Origin: a virus
Taxonomy: Duplodnaviria; Caudoviricetes
Reading direction: 5' to 3' (one strand)
Virus record (IMG/VR): IMGVR_UViG_3300020352_000002
Span: 1 to 42,156 of that record
DNA: 42,156 nt
A model generated the notes under the pieces. The model saw only the letters and a list, made by a program, of their open reading frames with translations. It searched no databases and was not told the origin of the DNA. The first letter of the stretch is position 1, and each line of letters opens with the position of its first letter. Shown piece by piece: positions 1 to 8,303 of this stretch. The position numbers and the translations under genes were made by a program.

Positions 1-77
1 AAGACTTGCTCGGAAAGTTGATACTTGAAGGTGTATGGTATGCCACCATAGACGGGAATAGCGCTAGATGCTGGTGT
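1..77. repeat. 77-bp terminal direct repeat (identical to 42080..42156); circular-assembly overlap
   Basis: Exact identity of the first and last 77 nt; it falls inside the tail tube B gene, whose frame is continuous across the join. Confidence 0.95.
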
Positions 78-2090
78 AGTTGCTGTTACCTGCTCACCTT
101 TAGAGTTGTAGTACACTAGGTTACTATCAGTGTAGTCCATCGAAGGCGTATTGCTTACAAACTTCTGCTGATGATCAAGGTGCATAGGGTAAGCATTAAG
201 TAACTGAGCATCTAAAGTTAAAGTTATGTTCTCAAATCGACCATCTTCAAAGATGATAAATATCTCTTCGTTGTTAAAAGTAACATGAGCAATGTTAGCA
301 TCAAACTTCCATTTAGACCAAGAGCTTTGTAAGCGTTCTGTTTCGTTCTCGTACCACTTGTAGACGTATAACTCTTTTGCATCTGTTGTGGTACGTGCTA
401 ACAAAAGGTTCTCGTTAGTGGAGGCTATCATCTGCTTCACACTACCTGCAAGATAGTTTGGAACGTGTGCAGTTATAAGGTTAGCATCTTTTACTTCTGT
501 ATCACCTGTCGTGTAATACTCTCGCATTCCTGAGAATGTACCGTTCTGTACTGCAAAGAATACACTGTTACCTGCACCTACTGGTTTCGTTGTTAGGTCA
601 CACTCAAAGTTTGTAGAGGTATCTATAGACACTTCTGCTGGTGTAAGTAACTGGTCAGCGGATAAGGTAAACTGGTTAATCTCAGAAAATAGTAGAAGCT
701 GCTCTTGGAATGGTACAGCAGCCTTTAGTATTGATACTTCATTTTGGCTGACTGCTACATCAATAGGAGCAGAGTCAAGGAGTGAGCGTACAGTTGTTCT
801 AAATAAGTTAAAGTAACCATTAGCTTCACTAAAGATTACATTCTCGTCTGATAGAAAACCTAAGCGGTTGCGGTGGAAAAATATATCGTTGATCTTTCCT
901 CCAACAAAACTTGGGAAAGGGTTAGTATCATCGTCACCTGCTTTCCTATCGTCCCACGTACCTATAGTAAAGCTAAAACTTTCATCAGCGTTTTGTAATA
1001 GAGTGTGAGGCATGGTGGAAGGAATAAAAGAATGGTAATGACTATCGTTAGGCCGTGAGGGTGCTTCACATTCTTTCCAAGCACCATTTGATTCATCCCC
1101 TGTATACTTTACATAAAAATCATCTTCTTTCTTTTGGTTATCACCACTGACTTGTATGATAAAATCTTCCGTACAGTATTTAGGAAGTTCTGTAAATGTT
1201 GCCACGCTGTCCTTGTGGGCAAATAAAGATGTACCACCTTCATCGTCAGACACTTGTAATCTAAAATTTGTAGTGCTGTTAGATACTGTAAAGAAAGGCG
1301 CTCGGTTAAAACCTCCTCTAACATACCCTGATGGAAATGTCATTGTACCACTATTTGCTGAAGGGTCATCGCTGGTATCTTTACCTGATATTACGTCCAT
1401 CATAATACCAGTCTTTAAAGACTTGTACTCAGTATCATTTGACCCGTCTGCTACTAGCGTTTCATAAAAGCCGCTAAACAAAACCGCACTGGTTGTGCTG
1501 TTTAAAACTTTACATCTATAAGTTCTACCGTAATCAGATTTCTTTAGATAAAAAATACCCTCAAAAGGTCTTACATTATTAGGAGAAGTTTCATCTCTAG
1601 CCACAACCTTTTCTTTATTCACATAGAACGTGTAGTCAGCCACAGAGGTTGCCGTGACTTGTTGGTTGTTGAGGCTTGTGCCAAAGTATGCGCTAAGTGT
1701 AGCTGTATCTGAGTTAGTAGCTATTTGAGTTGTTCCGTCAGCTTTCCAGCTTGCTACACCTGACTCGTACCGAAGTCTACCTTCAATGTCATAGACGTAG
1801 AGCTTAGGAGTTGCTGGTACAAGAATAACAGTAAACTGTTCTGTAGCACTTCTCTTGTACGTGTGGATGTGTGCTGTTGATAGCTCAGTAGCTGTTAAGT
1901 AAGTGTTGCTTGTAGGGCTACCTGTGTTTAACTTTCTTAAAAACTTTGTGGGTGGGCGTTTCTTTAAGCCGTCTACTATATCAGAGTAACCGTTTTCCTG
2001 TACTTCTCCTTGACTTGTTAAACGTAAACTAGGAGGCTGTTGAGAAATCCCGTTGATAAAGTTAGGAATGCTTTTAGAAACTAGAGCCAT
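1..2090 (-). CDS. Tail tubular protein B (T7 gp12-like nozzle), N-terminal part; continues across the circular join into 42079..41752
   Basis: Not in the ORF track. ATG at 2090 gives MALVSKSIPNFINGISQQPPSLR...GLKKRPPT, typical of gp12. 2090+328 nt = 806 codons in frame. Follows gp11. Confidence 0.92.
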   Translation of the reverse strand, partial: MALVSKSIPNFINGISQQPPSLRLTSQGEVQENGYSDIVDGLKKRPPTKFLRKLNTGSPTSNTYLTATELSTAHIHTYKRSATEQFTVILVPATPKLYVYDIEGRLRYESGVASWKADGTTQIATNSDTATLSAYFGTSLNNQQVTATSVADYTFYVNKEKVVARDETSPNNVRPFEGIFYLKKSDYGRTYRCKVLNSTTSAVLFSGFYETLVADGSNDTEYKSLKTGIMMDVISGKDTSDDPSANSGTMTFPSGYVRGGFNRAPFFTVSNSTTNFRLQVSDDEGGTSLFAHKDSVATFTELPKYCTEDFIIQVSGDNQKKEDDFYVKYTGDESNGAWKECEAPSRPNDSHYHSFIPSTMPHTLLQNADESFSFTIGTWDDRKAGDDDTNPFPSFVGGKINDIFFHRNRLGFLSDENVIFSEANGYFNLFRTTVRSLLDSAPIDVAVSQNEVSILKAAVPFQEQLLLFSEINQFTLSADQLLTPAEVSIDTSTNFECDLTTKPVGAGNSVFFAVQNGTFSGMREYYTTGDTEVKDANLITAHVPNYLAGSVKQMIASTNENLLLARTTTDAKELYVYKWYENETERLQSSWSKWKFDANIAHVTFNNEEIFIIFEDGRFENITLTLDAQLLNAYPMHLDHQQKFVSNTPSMDYTDSNLVYYNSKGEQVTATTPASSAIPVYGGIPYTFKYQLSEQV

Positions 2091-2697
2091 TTGAAATCAC
2101 CTTTGTGCCGATGTGACGGTCTAAGACACTTGCAGTGCCGTAGTCATCGAATATATTGTAGTCACTATTGTCACCTTCCATTTCTTGAAGGGCAAACCAT
2201 GCTTGTTGTTCATCGTTTCTATTCATTTGTGATAGTTCTGCACTTCCTACTACTCGCTCTTGAAAGATACGAGATGCCTTAATGGCAATATAGCGCCTTG
2301 CTATTTCAGGAAGTAAGTCAAAGGTTAATAAGACGACAACATCTAGCTTAAGAGCTTTACCTATGTTGTAAGTATGATTAACTTTATCATACATCTTATT
2401 ACCACGTTGTATGTATTCGTTCTTAGAGCTTCTGAACTTAGTCTCACTTTGCGCTAAGTCAGCTCTTACAATCTCCGTAGGGAGTATAACATTGCCGCTA
2501 GTGTCAGCCGCAACGGTGTAATCTGGTTCAGAGTTAAAGTTCCATCCATGTGATTGAACATCTCTGGAAACATTCTTGAGGATGGTCTCAGCAGTCTCAG
2601 CATCTACCAACCCAGATTCTAGGTTGTTTACTGGTGCTTCACCAATAGTAGAGAGCATAGTGTTTACTGCTTCTAGTTCTGTTGTGGGAGTTGTCAT
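2074..2697 (-). CDS. Tail tubular protein A (T7 gp11-like)
   Basis: TELEAVNTMLSTIGEAPV and GWNFN motifs; directly after capsid; likely start MTTPT at 2697 behind GAGG. Confidence 0.92.
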   Translation of the reverse strand: MTTPTTELEAVNTMLSTIGEAPVNNLESGLVDAETAETILKNVSRDVQSHGWNFNSEPDYTVAADTSGNVILPTEIVRADLAQSETKFRSSKNEYIQRGNKMYDKVNHTYNIGKALKLDVVVLLTFDLLPEIARRYIAIKASRIFQERVVGSAELSQMNRNDEQQAWFALQEMEGDNSDYNIFDDYGTASVLDRHIGTKVISNGSSF

Positions 2698-2710
2698 GTT
2701 TACCTCAATG

Positions 2711-2749
2711 AAAAAATAAAGAGAGAAGCACCCCCGAAGGGATGCTCTC
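2711..2749 (-). terminator. T-phi-like intrinsic terminator after major capsid gene
   Basis: Minus strand GAGAGCATCCC-TTCG-GGGGTGCTTCTC followed by a T-rich tail. Confidence 0.85.
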
Positions 2750-2760
2750 AATAGGATTGC

Positions 2761-3840
2761 TTAAGATACTAACGCAATAGCTGATTTACCACGGAGTCTG
2801 TTATGACCCATAGCGTACTTAGCTACCATTAAAGTACCTTGACGGTCGATCTGGTATTCAGATTCTACGCCCAAGTCCATTAACTTAACTGTTGCAGCCG
2901 CATCTTTAGTAAAGATAAGACCATGTAAGTTAGCGTTGAAAGTACCAGCACCACGATATTTACCAGCATTACCAGAACCAGCAGTGTTAGCTAGTGGATC
3001 AGGAGTGCTGTTATCAGCAGTTGGTAAGTGGTTAGACATTAATACTTTAACGCCACCAATAGTAGGAGCAGAAGCCATAGCAGCACTACCGTTACCACCG
3101 AAGTCTCGGTTCATAACAGCAAGAGCTGTATCAGAGCCGAACAACTTGTAGTAAGCTTGAGGAGTAACAACTAAGTATTTCTCACCACCTACGTCATGCT
3201 CGTCAAACTTTTGTAAAGCAGCAAACACACCGTCTACAAGGTTAGCAGCAGTGAAAGAACCGCCTTCATCAGCAGCACCAGCGATGTCTATTTTACCAGC
3301 TTCACCAGCCGCAGAACCAACGTCACCGTCAGTGTCAGACAAAGCAGCGAAGTCAGCATTAGACCAGTAACCAGATGCGTCACCGTTGGTAACAGCAGCA
3401 CCAGTTGCTGATTGAAAGACCATAGAAAAGATGTTGCGGTCAGCAGCATTTGCTAATGCATTGCCCATCTCTTTGCTGTAAGTAGATCGAACTTCGTAGT
3501 GGTTGATAGCTTCATCAATTTTAGGAATGAAAGCTGCACTCAATAAGAGGTCATCTACAGTTACAGTGATCTCACCGTGATCGGCTTTATCACCGAAGAC
3601 TTGTGTACCAGCAGTGTGGTAGTTAGCTCCGATAGTTCCGATGCTTGGGAACTGAGCTGAACGTCCGTTTTTAATTGTGCGAACTCTGTGAAGAGGCATC
3701 GCAATGTTTTTTTCTTCAAACGAGGTCAGAACCTCACCAGCGAACTGGCGAAGAAATAAGTCGTTTACGTTACCCGAAGAACCTGCTCGGCCTAGTCGGG
3801 AAGCACTGCCTGTTGCAGTGTTATTATCTGTCCATGCCAT
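2761..3840 (-). CDS. Major capsid protein (T7 gp10-like)
   Basis: LFLRQFAGEVLTSF, RTIKNGRSAQFP, VRSTYSKEMGNALA, KYAMGH motifs; synteny. Confidence 0.96.
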   Translation of the reverse strand: MAWTDNNTATGSASRLGRAGSSGNVNDLFLRQFAGEVLTSFEEKNIAMPLHRVRTIKNGRSAQFPSIGTIGANYHTAGTQVFGDKADHGEITVTVDDLLLSAAFIPKIDEAINHYEVRSTYSKEMGNALANAADRNIFSMVFQSATGAAVTNGDASGYWSNADFAALSDTDGDVGSAAGEAGKIDIAGAADEGGSFTAANLVDGVFAALQKFDEHDVGGEKYLVVTPQAYYKLFGSDTALAVMNRDFGGNGSAAMASAPTIGGVKVLMSNHLPTADNSTPDPLANTAGSGNAGKYRGAGTFNANLHGLIFTKDAAATVKLMDLGVESEYQIDRQGTLMVAKYAMGHNRLRGKSAIALVS

Positions 3841-3978
3841 GATAATTTTACCTTTTAGTTAAATGTTTAAATGAATGAATAATTCTACTCAGCCACTTAA
3901 CACTAATCCGTTCTCTGAGATTATCCTCCTCGGAGGGTCAAAGGTAATTGTACTTGTGTTGTCGTTTCTTTTGGAATT

Positions 3979-4000
3979 AAAAAAGCCTCCCGAAGGAGGC
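3979..4000 (-). terminator. Intrinsic terminator between scaffold and capsid genes
   Basis: GCCTCC-TTCG-GGAGGC-TTTTTT on minus strand. Confidence 0.75.
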
Positions 4001-4008
4001 CAAAGAGA

Positions 4009-4815
4009 CTATTGTATGTTACCGCTACGCCCTAATTTGTTTGTAACGGTCTGGCGATACGCTGGATCACTCTCGTATCTGGGATCACTCATATCACTTG
4101 TGACTTCCGCCCAAGAGTTATAAATACCGCCTGTCGAAGATGTAGCCTGTCCACCTATTAATGATGGATCAGAACCTTCAGCAGATTGATACATTGATCG
4201 TAATCCTGATATAGCCAGTTGTACCATATCAGAGTCTCCTGAATCTACAGCACGATCATAAGCAGCTATCTCTTGTGGAGACATATTGTCTGCTGCCCAT
4301 CCGATCATTTCGCTGTAAGCTTCTTGCCCGCCTACGCTATCGTAGACTGACTGTTGGTAGTTGTTGACGAGAGCTTCCTGCCCTTGTATCCAACTATCTA
4401 CCAAACTCTGTGGGAAACCTGCCTCTTGTAACGCACTGTATGCGTCATCGGACAAGCCTCCTAATTCGTTGTACTCTTGTTGAAAAACATCAAAGTCTAA
4501 CCCTGAGGCATCGAGTGCTGTCTCAACATCACCTGCATCAGTATTTTCGTCATACTCTACATCTTCATCAACAACTTCATCTTCGTATTCGTATTCTTGT
4601 TCTGGCTCATCACCTTGACCTAGTTTTTGTTCTAGGTTGGCGTAAGCTTCTGCCATATCTTCAGCAGAGTTAAACTTCTCAGGCAACCACTCAGGACGTT
4701 CTCCTTGGTTAGGGTCATTGTTAGCTTCGATTTGCTCACCCTTCTCAAGCATCTGGTCTACGTATTCTTGTGTTTCCCCGTCTTCTTGAAATGTATTAAT
4801 ATTCTCTGTGCTCAT
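4009..4815 (-). CDS. Capsid scaffolding protein (T7 gp9-like)
   Basis: Very acidic; RPEWLPEKF, VGGQEAYSEMIGWA, DPRYESDPAYR motifs; upstream of capsid. Confidence 0.92.
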   Translation of the reverse strand: MSTENINTFQEDGETQEYVDQMLEKGEQIEANNDPNQGERPEWLPEKFNSAEDMAEAYANLEQKLGQGDEPEQEYEYEDEVVDEDVEYDENTDAGDVETALDASGLDFDVFQQEYNELGGLSDDAYSALQEAGFPQSLVDSWIQGQEALVNNYQQSVYDSVGGQEAYSEMIGWAADNMSPQEIAAYDRAVDSGDSDMVQLAISGLRSMYQSAEGSDPSLIGGQATSSTGGIYNSWAEVTSDMSDPRYESDPAYRQTVTNKLGRSGNIQ

Positions 4816-4838
4816 ACTATAGTCTCTTTAGTTTAAAG

Positions 4839-5990
4839 TTAAGGTCGCTTACCAGTTTTGTTCCACTTGTTCATATACTGACGTAAGCTTAAGCCAGAAG
4901 CCTTCAACTGCTCTTTAGTTACATTAGCTAGTTTTTTGCCTTTGTGCTCAACTGTTTTACTACCACCTACACCAAATTTGCTTTTCTTATATTTTGGATT
5001 TATTGGTTTAGGTTTGGGTTTAGGTTTGGGTTTAGGTTTGGGCTTTGGTTTTATCTCATTAGCCGATACCTTTTTACTTGCTGGTTTAGGGTCAGGTTTC
5101 TTATTTGATAACTTAACCTTAGGCTTATTAAACTTATACTTTTCAATACTCTTAAGAGGCTTAAGTACTTTCTTGCTACCTGCTTCCCTTCTTGCCTTTT
5201 TTTCTTCCCTAGAAGACAATTTAAAATCCGTAGTGTCCCTATTGGTGCTTGCTGCAAAGGATAATGGTACACTTGCTGCCCCTGCTACGCCTTTAATAGT
5301 TAAACCTTTTAATCTGTTTCCAAATCTTTTAAGCCTACCTTTTAAACTGGTATCGCTTCTATCTATTACGACAGTTTTAGGATTGGGTTTAACTTTATTT
5401 TTGCTATCTTTAAACGTACCTTTAGGATCGTTAGTTTTTATTGTACCTGCGTTTCTCAACGCTGCTCTAGCTCTTAGCTTACCTTTAACAACTGCTCGTC
5501 TTTTGTTAGGAAAGTCTTTCTTCTCTTGAGCTGCCCTAGCTTCTTTAGCACGTTTTTCTTCAGCTATTTTTTCTCGCCTTCTACGCTCTTCAGTAGTTAG
5601 CATATTTTCGCTGAGAATTCTCTGACGTGCTCTAGCCTCTCTAGTGTCTTGAACTATCTTACTAGGACGTGGTTTAACTTTACCTTTATTACCTACAACA
5701 GGTTTTTTGCTTTCAAGTTTAGCGTTGGCTTTATTAGCCTTAGCAATACGCTCTTTCTCAGCTTTGCTTGCAACTGCATCATGAGCTTTAGTTTGCCCGA
5801 CAGCCTTAGGTTTTGTCTTAGGTCTTCCTCGGCCAGTAGGTTGTTTCTTTGCTGGCTCTTTCATCTTATGCTGTTCAGCTTTTTTCCTAATCTCTTCTCT
5901 TTTTTTAGCAGCTCTGTTTTTCTTTCGTGCTTCAGCTTTCTTTTCTGCTTCCGTCAATGGTTTCTTTGGTAATCTAGGAGCTTTAGCCAT
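4839..5990 (-). CDS. Highly basic Lys/Arg-rich hypothetical protein with (PK)n tract
   Basis: 383-aa ORF coupled to the portal stop (TAATG); tandem KP dipeptide run. Confidence 0.75.
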   Translation of the reverse strand: MAKAPRLPKKPLTEAEKKAEARKKNRAAKKREEIRKKAEQHKMKEPAKKQPTGRGRPKTKPKAVGQTKAHDAVASKAEKERIAKANKANAKLESKKPVVGNKGKVKPRPSKIVQDTREARARQRILSENMLTTEERRRREKIAEEKRAKEARAAQEKKDFPNKRRAVVKGKLRARAALRNAGTIKTNDPKGTFKDSKNKVKPNPKTVVIDRSDTSLKGRLKRFGNRLKGLTIKGVAGAASVPLSFAASTNRDTTDFKLSSREEKKARREAGSKKVLKPLKSIEKYKFNKPKVKLSNKKPDPKPASKKVSANEIKPKPKPKPKPKPKPKPINPKYKKSKFGVGGSKTVEHKGKKLANVTKEQLKASGLSLRQYMNKWNKTGKRP

Positions 5991-7558
5991 TATTCTTCCT
6001 CGCCTTGTTGCTGTTGCTGCATCATACCAGACTCGACCGCACCTTTAACGGCAGGGGCTACGCCCTTCTCGGCCAGTTGCATCATCTGTTGTTGCTGCAT
6101 CATCTGTTGTTGTTGCTGTTGTTGAGCTTGAATTTCTTCAGGTGTTTTTATCAAACCTAAAGTATCAATACCTAAGGAAGCACCTAAGCGATCAATGTAA
6201 TCATCTACATTTAACTGCTGTGCTATTACTTGTTGACCAAGTGGTTGTAAGTATTGGAGGAACGCTGACAACTTGTTTAAGTCTTGCCCACGACCAAGGG
6301 CTTCTAAGCCTGTTACTATCTGAGGCTTGAGAGTGTCCTTAGGGAACTTAGGCATCTTCTTCTCATCTTGTAGTTTAGCGAGTAGCAAGTTTACAAGGGG
6401 AAGTTGGAACTCTTGAGAGAGGACAGAGTAGATACCACCGAGAGCAGTCTCTAACTCTTGAGCCATGTAGCGCACTTCTTCTGCTGTCACTCGTTCAGCT
6501 TGTCGCTGGACTGAGCTGTTGAGTAAGAAGGCAAACGACAAACGCTCTGTAATTTTTTGCATAGTTTCTTGAGCAACACGGAAGTCATTAAACTTGTTAG
6601 CTTGTAGTGTTGTAACATCGTTAGCATCACCTGAGATGATACCACCGTTAGGGCTGTCGGCTATGTTGCGTATCTTGGTTGTACCGTTAGGTCTAACTAA
6701 GAATAATAATTTAGCACTGGCTGCACTGCCTTCCACGATTGCACGAGTTAAAGCTTCAAGAGATTTCAAGTCACCTATTATCTCTTCGCAATATGAACGA
6801 CCGTAGTCGCTACCATCGACAGCTATAAATCGTAGAGGCATCCATGGGAGTTTGTCTTCAGGGTAAGTGCCTTGAGACTTAGGTATCATAATACCTTTGA
6901 CTTCTTGGTGAATAGTAAACTTCTTACCATCACGCTTTACGCAAGTATATAAGTCACATTCTTTTTTATCTACTGTTTGCTGATATTCAGGGTTCTCTAA
7001 CAAAGCCTCTTGGACTTCTTTAGGAAGTGCATCATAAGCAATGGTTTCTTTAGTAATAATCTTAAGAAGGTTGCCCATTGTATCTCGGCTGACAACGTAA
7101 CGATCAAGCCTAAATACTTTCATGCCTCCATTCTTAGGCATATGCACAAGAGCATTACCTGAGACAATAAGCTGCTTAAGAGCCTCGAATGTTGGTACTC
7201 GTATCGCTTTTGTTTCTATAACCTGAGCAGCACTACGTTCAATCCTTCCCAAAGCTTCTTCAGCCTTACCACGTCCTTCCGCACCTAGCTCAATGAGATT
7301 GTAATCATCAATGGTTAATCGGAAGAAGGGGCTGTTGGGTGGGAGGAGTGTCATTAGCAGCTTGGAGGCAAGGTTGTTTACACCTCTTGCCCCTACTGCT
7401 TGATAAGGAGTGTCGTACTGGCTAGTCCCGTTATGCCCTTCAGGGGGCATTAGTGTTGGGATGGTTAATTCAGCACAAGCTCTCGCCCGTGTTAGAAACG
7501 CATCACGATCTGCCGCCATGTGTTCATAAGCTTTGGCTATACCTTGATCGTTATTCAT
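5990..7558 (-). CDS. Portal / head-tail connector (T7 gp8-like)
   Basis: GARGVNNLASKL, YGRSYCEE, AERVTAEEVR, TGLEALGRGQDL motifs. Confidence 0.97.
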   Translation of the reverse strand: MNNDQGIAKAYEHMAADRDAFLTRARACAELTIPTLMPPEGHNGTSQYDTPYQAVGARGVNNLASKLLMTLLPPNSPFFRLTIDDYNLIELGAEGRGKAEEALGRIERSAAQVIETKAIRVPTFEALKQLIVSGNALVHMPKNGGMKVFRLDRYVVSRDTMGNLLKIITKETIAYDALPKEVQEALLENPEYQQTVDKKECDLYTCVKRDGKKFTIHQEVKGIMIPKSQGTYPEDKLPWMPLRFIAVDGSDYGRSYCEEIIGDLKSLEALTRAIVEGSAASAKLLFLVRPNGTTKIRNIADSPNGGIISGDANDVTTLQANKFNDFRVAQETMQKITERLSFAFLLNSSVQRQAERVTAEEVRYMAQELETALGGIYSVLSQEFQLPLVNLLLAKLQDEKKMPKFPKDTLKPQIVTGLEALGRGQDLNKLSAFLQYLQPLGQQVIAQQLNVDDYIDRLGASLGIDTLGLIKTPEEIQAQQQQQQQMMQQQQMMQLAEKGVAPAVKGAVESGMMQQQQQGEEE

Positions 7559-7568
7559 AGGTTAATCC

Positions 7569-7793
7569 TTAGTATTTACTTGCTATGTTTAAGCCTGTAT
7601 TTATTTTCTTTTTTGTGGGCTTAGTTGCTTGAGCTGCTCCTAAGTCTCCAGCCTTTTTTGCCACACTGCCACCTAAAGGGGTGTTGCCAGACTTAATTGC
7701 GCTGCCTAGCGCACCATCTGATACTCTACTCGTGGCTTTTCTTTTTCTCATTTCATTTGCTGCTAATCCTACCATGCACATAATGTACCTCAC
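7569..7793 (-). CDS. Small basic virion protein (gp7.3-like position); likely start MC at 7781
   Basis: Synteny immediately upstream of portal; basic; C-terminal GLNI. Confidence 0.6.
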   Translation of the reverse strand: MRYIMCMVGLAANEMRKRKATSRVSDGALGSAIKSGNTPLGGSVAKKAGDLGAAQATKPTKKKINTGLNIASKY

Positions 7794-7996
7794 GCCACCT
7801 TATTAATTGTTAAACCTGAACCTGTAGATGCCACTTGTACACCTGCACCTCTTCGTAACTTTTTCTTACCTTGGCGTTTCTTTGCCATTTGATTAGCATT
7901 AGAGTCTACAGAGTTCTTAATTTGATCGGGGGCTTCTGCTGGAGGTGGTGGAGCTTTAGGTGGTGGCGGGGCTTTTGGGGTCTTAGGTAGACACAT
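7790..7996 (-). CDS. Small virion protein (gp6.7-like), MCLPKTPKAPPPP
   Basis: MC start, Pro-rich, basic C-terminus ending SGLTI; synteny. Confidence 0.65.
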   Translation of the reverse strand: MCLPKTPKAPPPPKAPPPPAEAPDQIKNSVDSNANQMAKKRQGKKKLRRGAGVQVASTGSGLTINKVA

Positions 7997-8174
7997 AATC
8001 ATTCTCGCTTGTCTGTGCGTCCTCGTACATAAACTCCATACGTTCGATGACGGATTGTTGACCCTGTAGATAGGCAATATGTTCGGGAGTTTGGCCTACT
8101 TTAGTGGGTAGTTTGTTGGGGTAAATCCCCTTAAAATGCTCTAATAATTCTTTAGATATATAGAATTTTTTCAT
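7983..8174 (-). CDS. Conserved small phage protein (gp6.5-like position)
   Basis: ISKELLEHF...YLQGQQSVI; ATG at 8174 just downstream of the phage promoter. Confidence 0.6.
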   Translation of the reverse strand: MKKFYISKELLEHFKGIYPNKLPTKVGQTPEHIAYLQGQQSVIERMEFMYEDAQTSENDYVST

Positions 8175-8185
8175 AGTTGTTTCTC

Positions 8186-8204
8186 TAATAGTGCACCTTT
8201 TTAA
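8186..8204 (-). promoter_or_regulatory. Putative phage-RNAP late promoter TTAAAAAGGTGCACTATTA
   Basis: One of three copies of AAAAAGGTGCACTAT; heads the structural genes; resembles SP6/T7 ...CACTATAG. Confidence 0.75.
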
Positions 8205-8216
8205 CTGTGCTAATAA

Positions 8217-8229
8217 AATCAAGGACTTA
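8217..8229 (+). promoter_or_regulatory. IHF-consensus box AATCAAGGACTTA
   Basis: Matches WATCAANNNNTTR; intergenic. Confidence 0.5.
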
Positions 8230-8252
8230 TAGGAAAGTGTAACCATGTGTTT

Positions 8253-8296
8253 GCGATGATATGGAGGCAGGTTATTACCTCCAATATCACTATCGC
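8253..8296 (-). other. Long bulged RNA hairpin after nrdJ (RNase III-site-like or terminator)
   Basis: GCGAT..GATATTGGAGG..CCTCCATATC.ATCGC inverted repeat, no U-tract. Confidence 0.5.
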
Positions 8297-8303
8297 TTGA
8301 GCC

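Noticed and set aside
1-77. Terminal direct repeat as biological DTR
   Set aside because: Exactly 77 nt (a common assembler k-mer) and inside the gp12-like gene; an assembly overlap
1156-1467. Plus-strand 103-aa and nested 71-aa ORFs
   Set aside because: Lie within the tail tube B gene, which the ORF track missed because it crosses the window edge
2761-2800. T7 gp10B-style capsid frameshift extension
   Set aside because: A terminator follows immediately; no slippery site or extension frame seen
4816-4832. GACTATAG upstream of scaffold as a fourth phage promoter
   Set aside because: Only ACTATAG matches, GGTGC core absent, and it sits 1 nt from the ATG
4936-5529. 197-aa plus-strand hydrophobic ORF with GL repeats
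   Set aside because: Antisense shadow of the Lys/Pro-rich gene; genome is uniformly minus-strand
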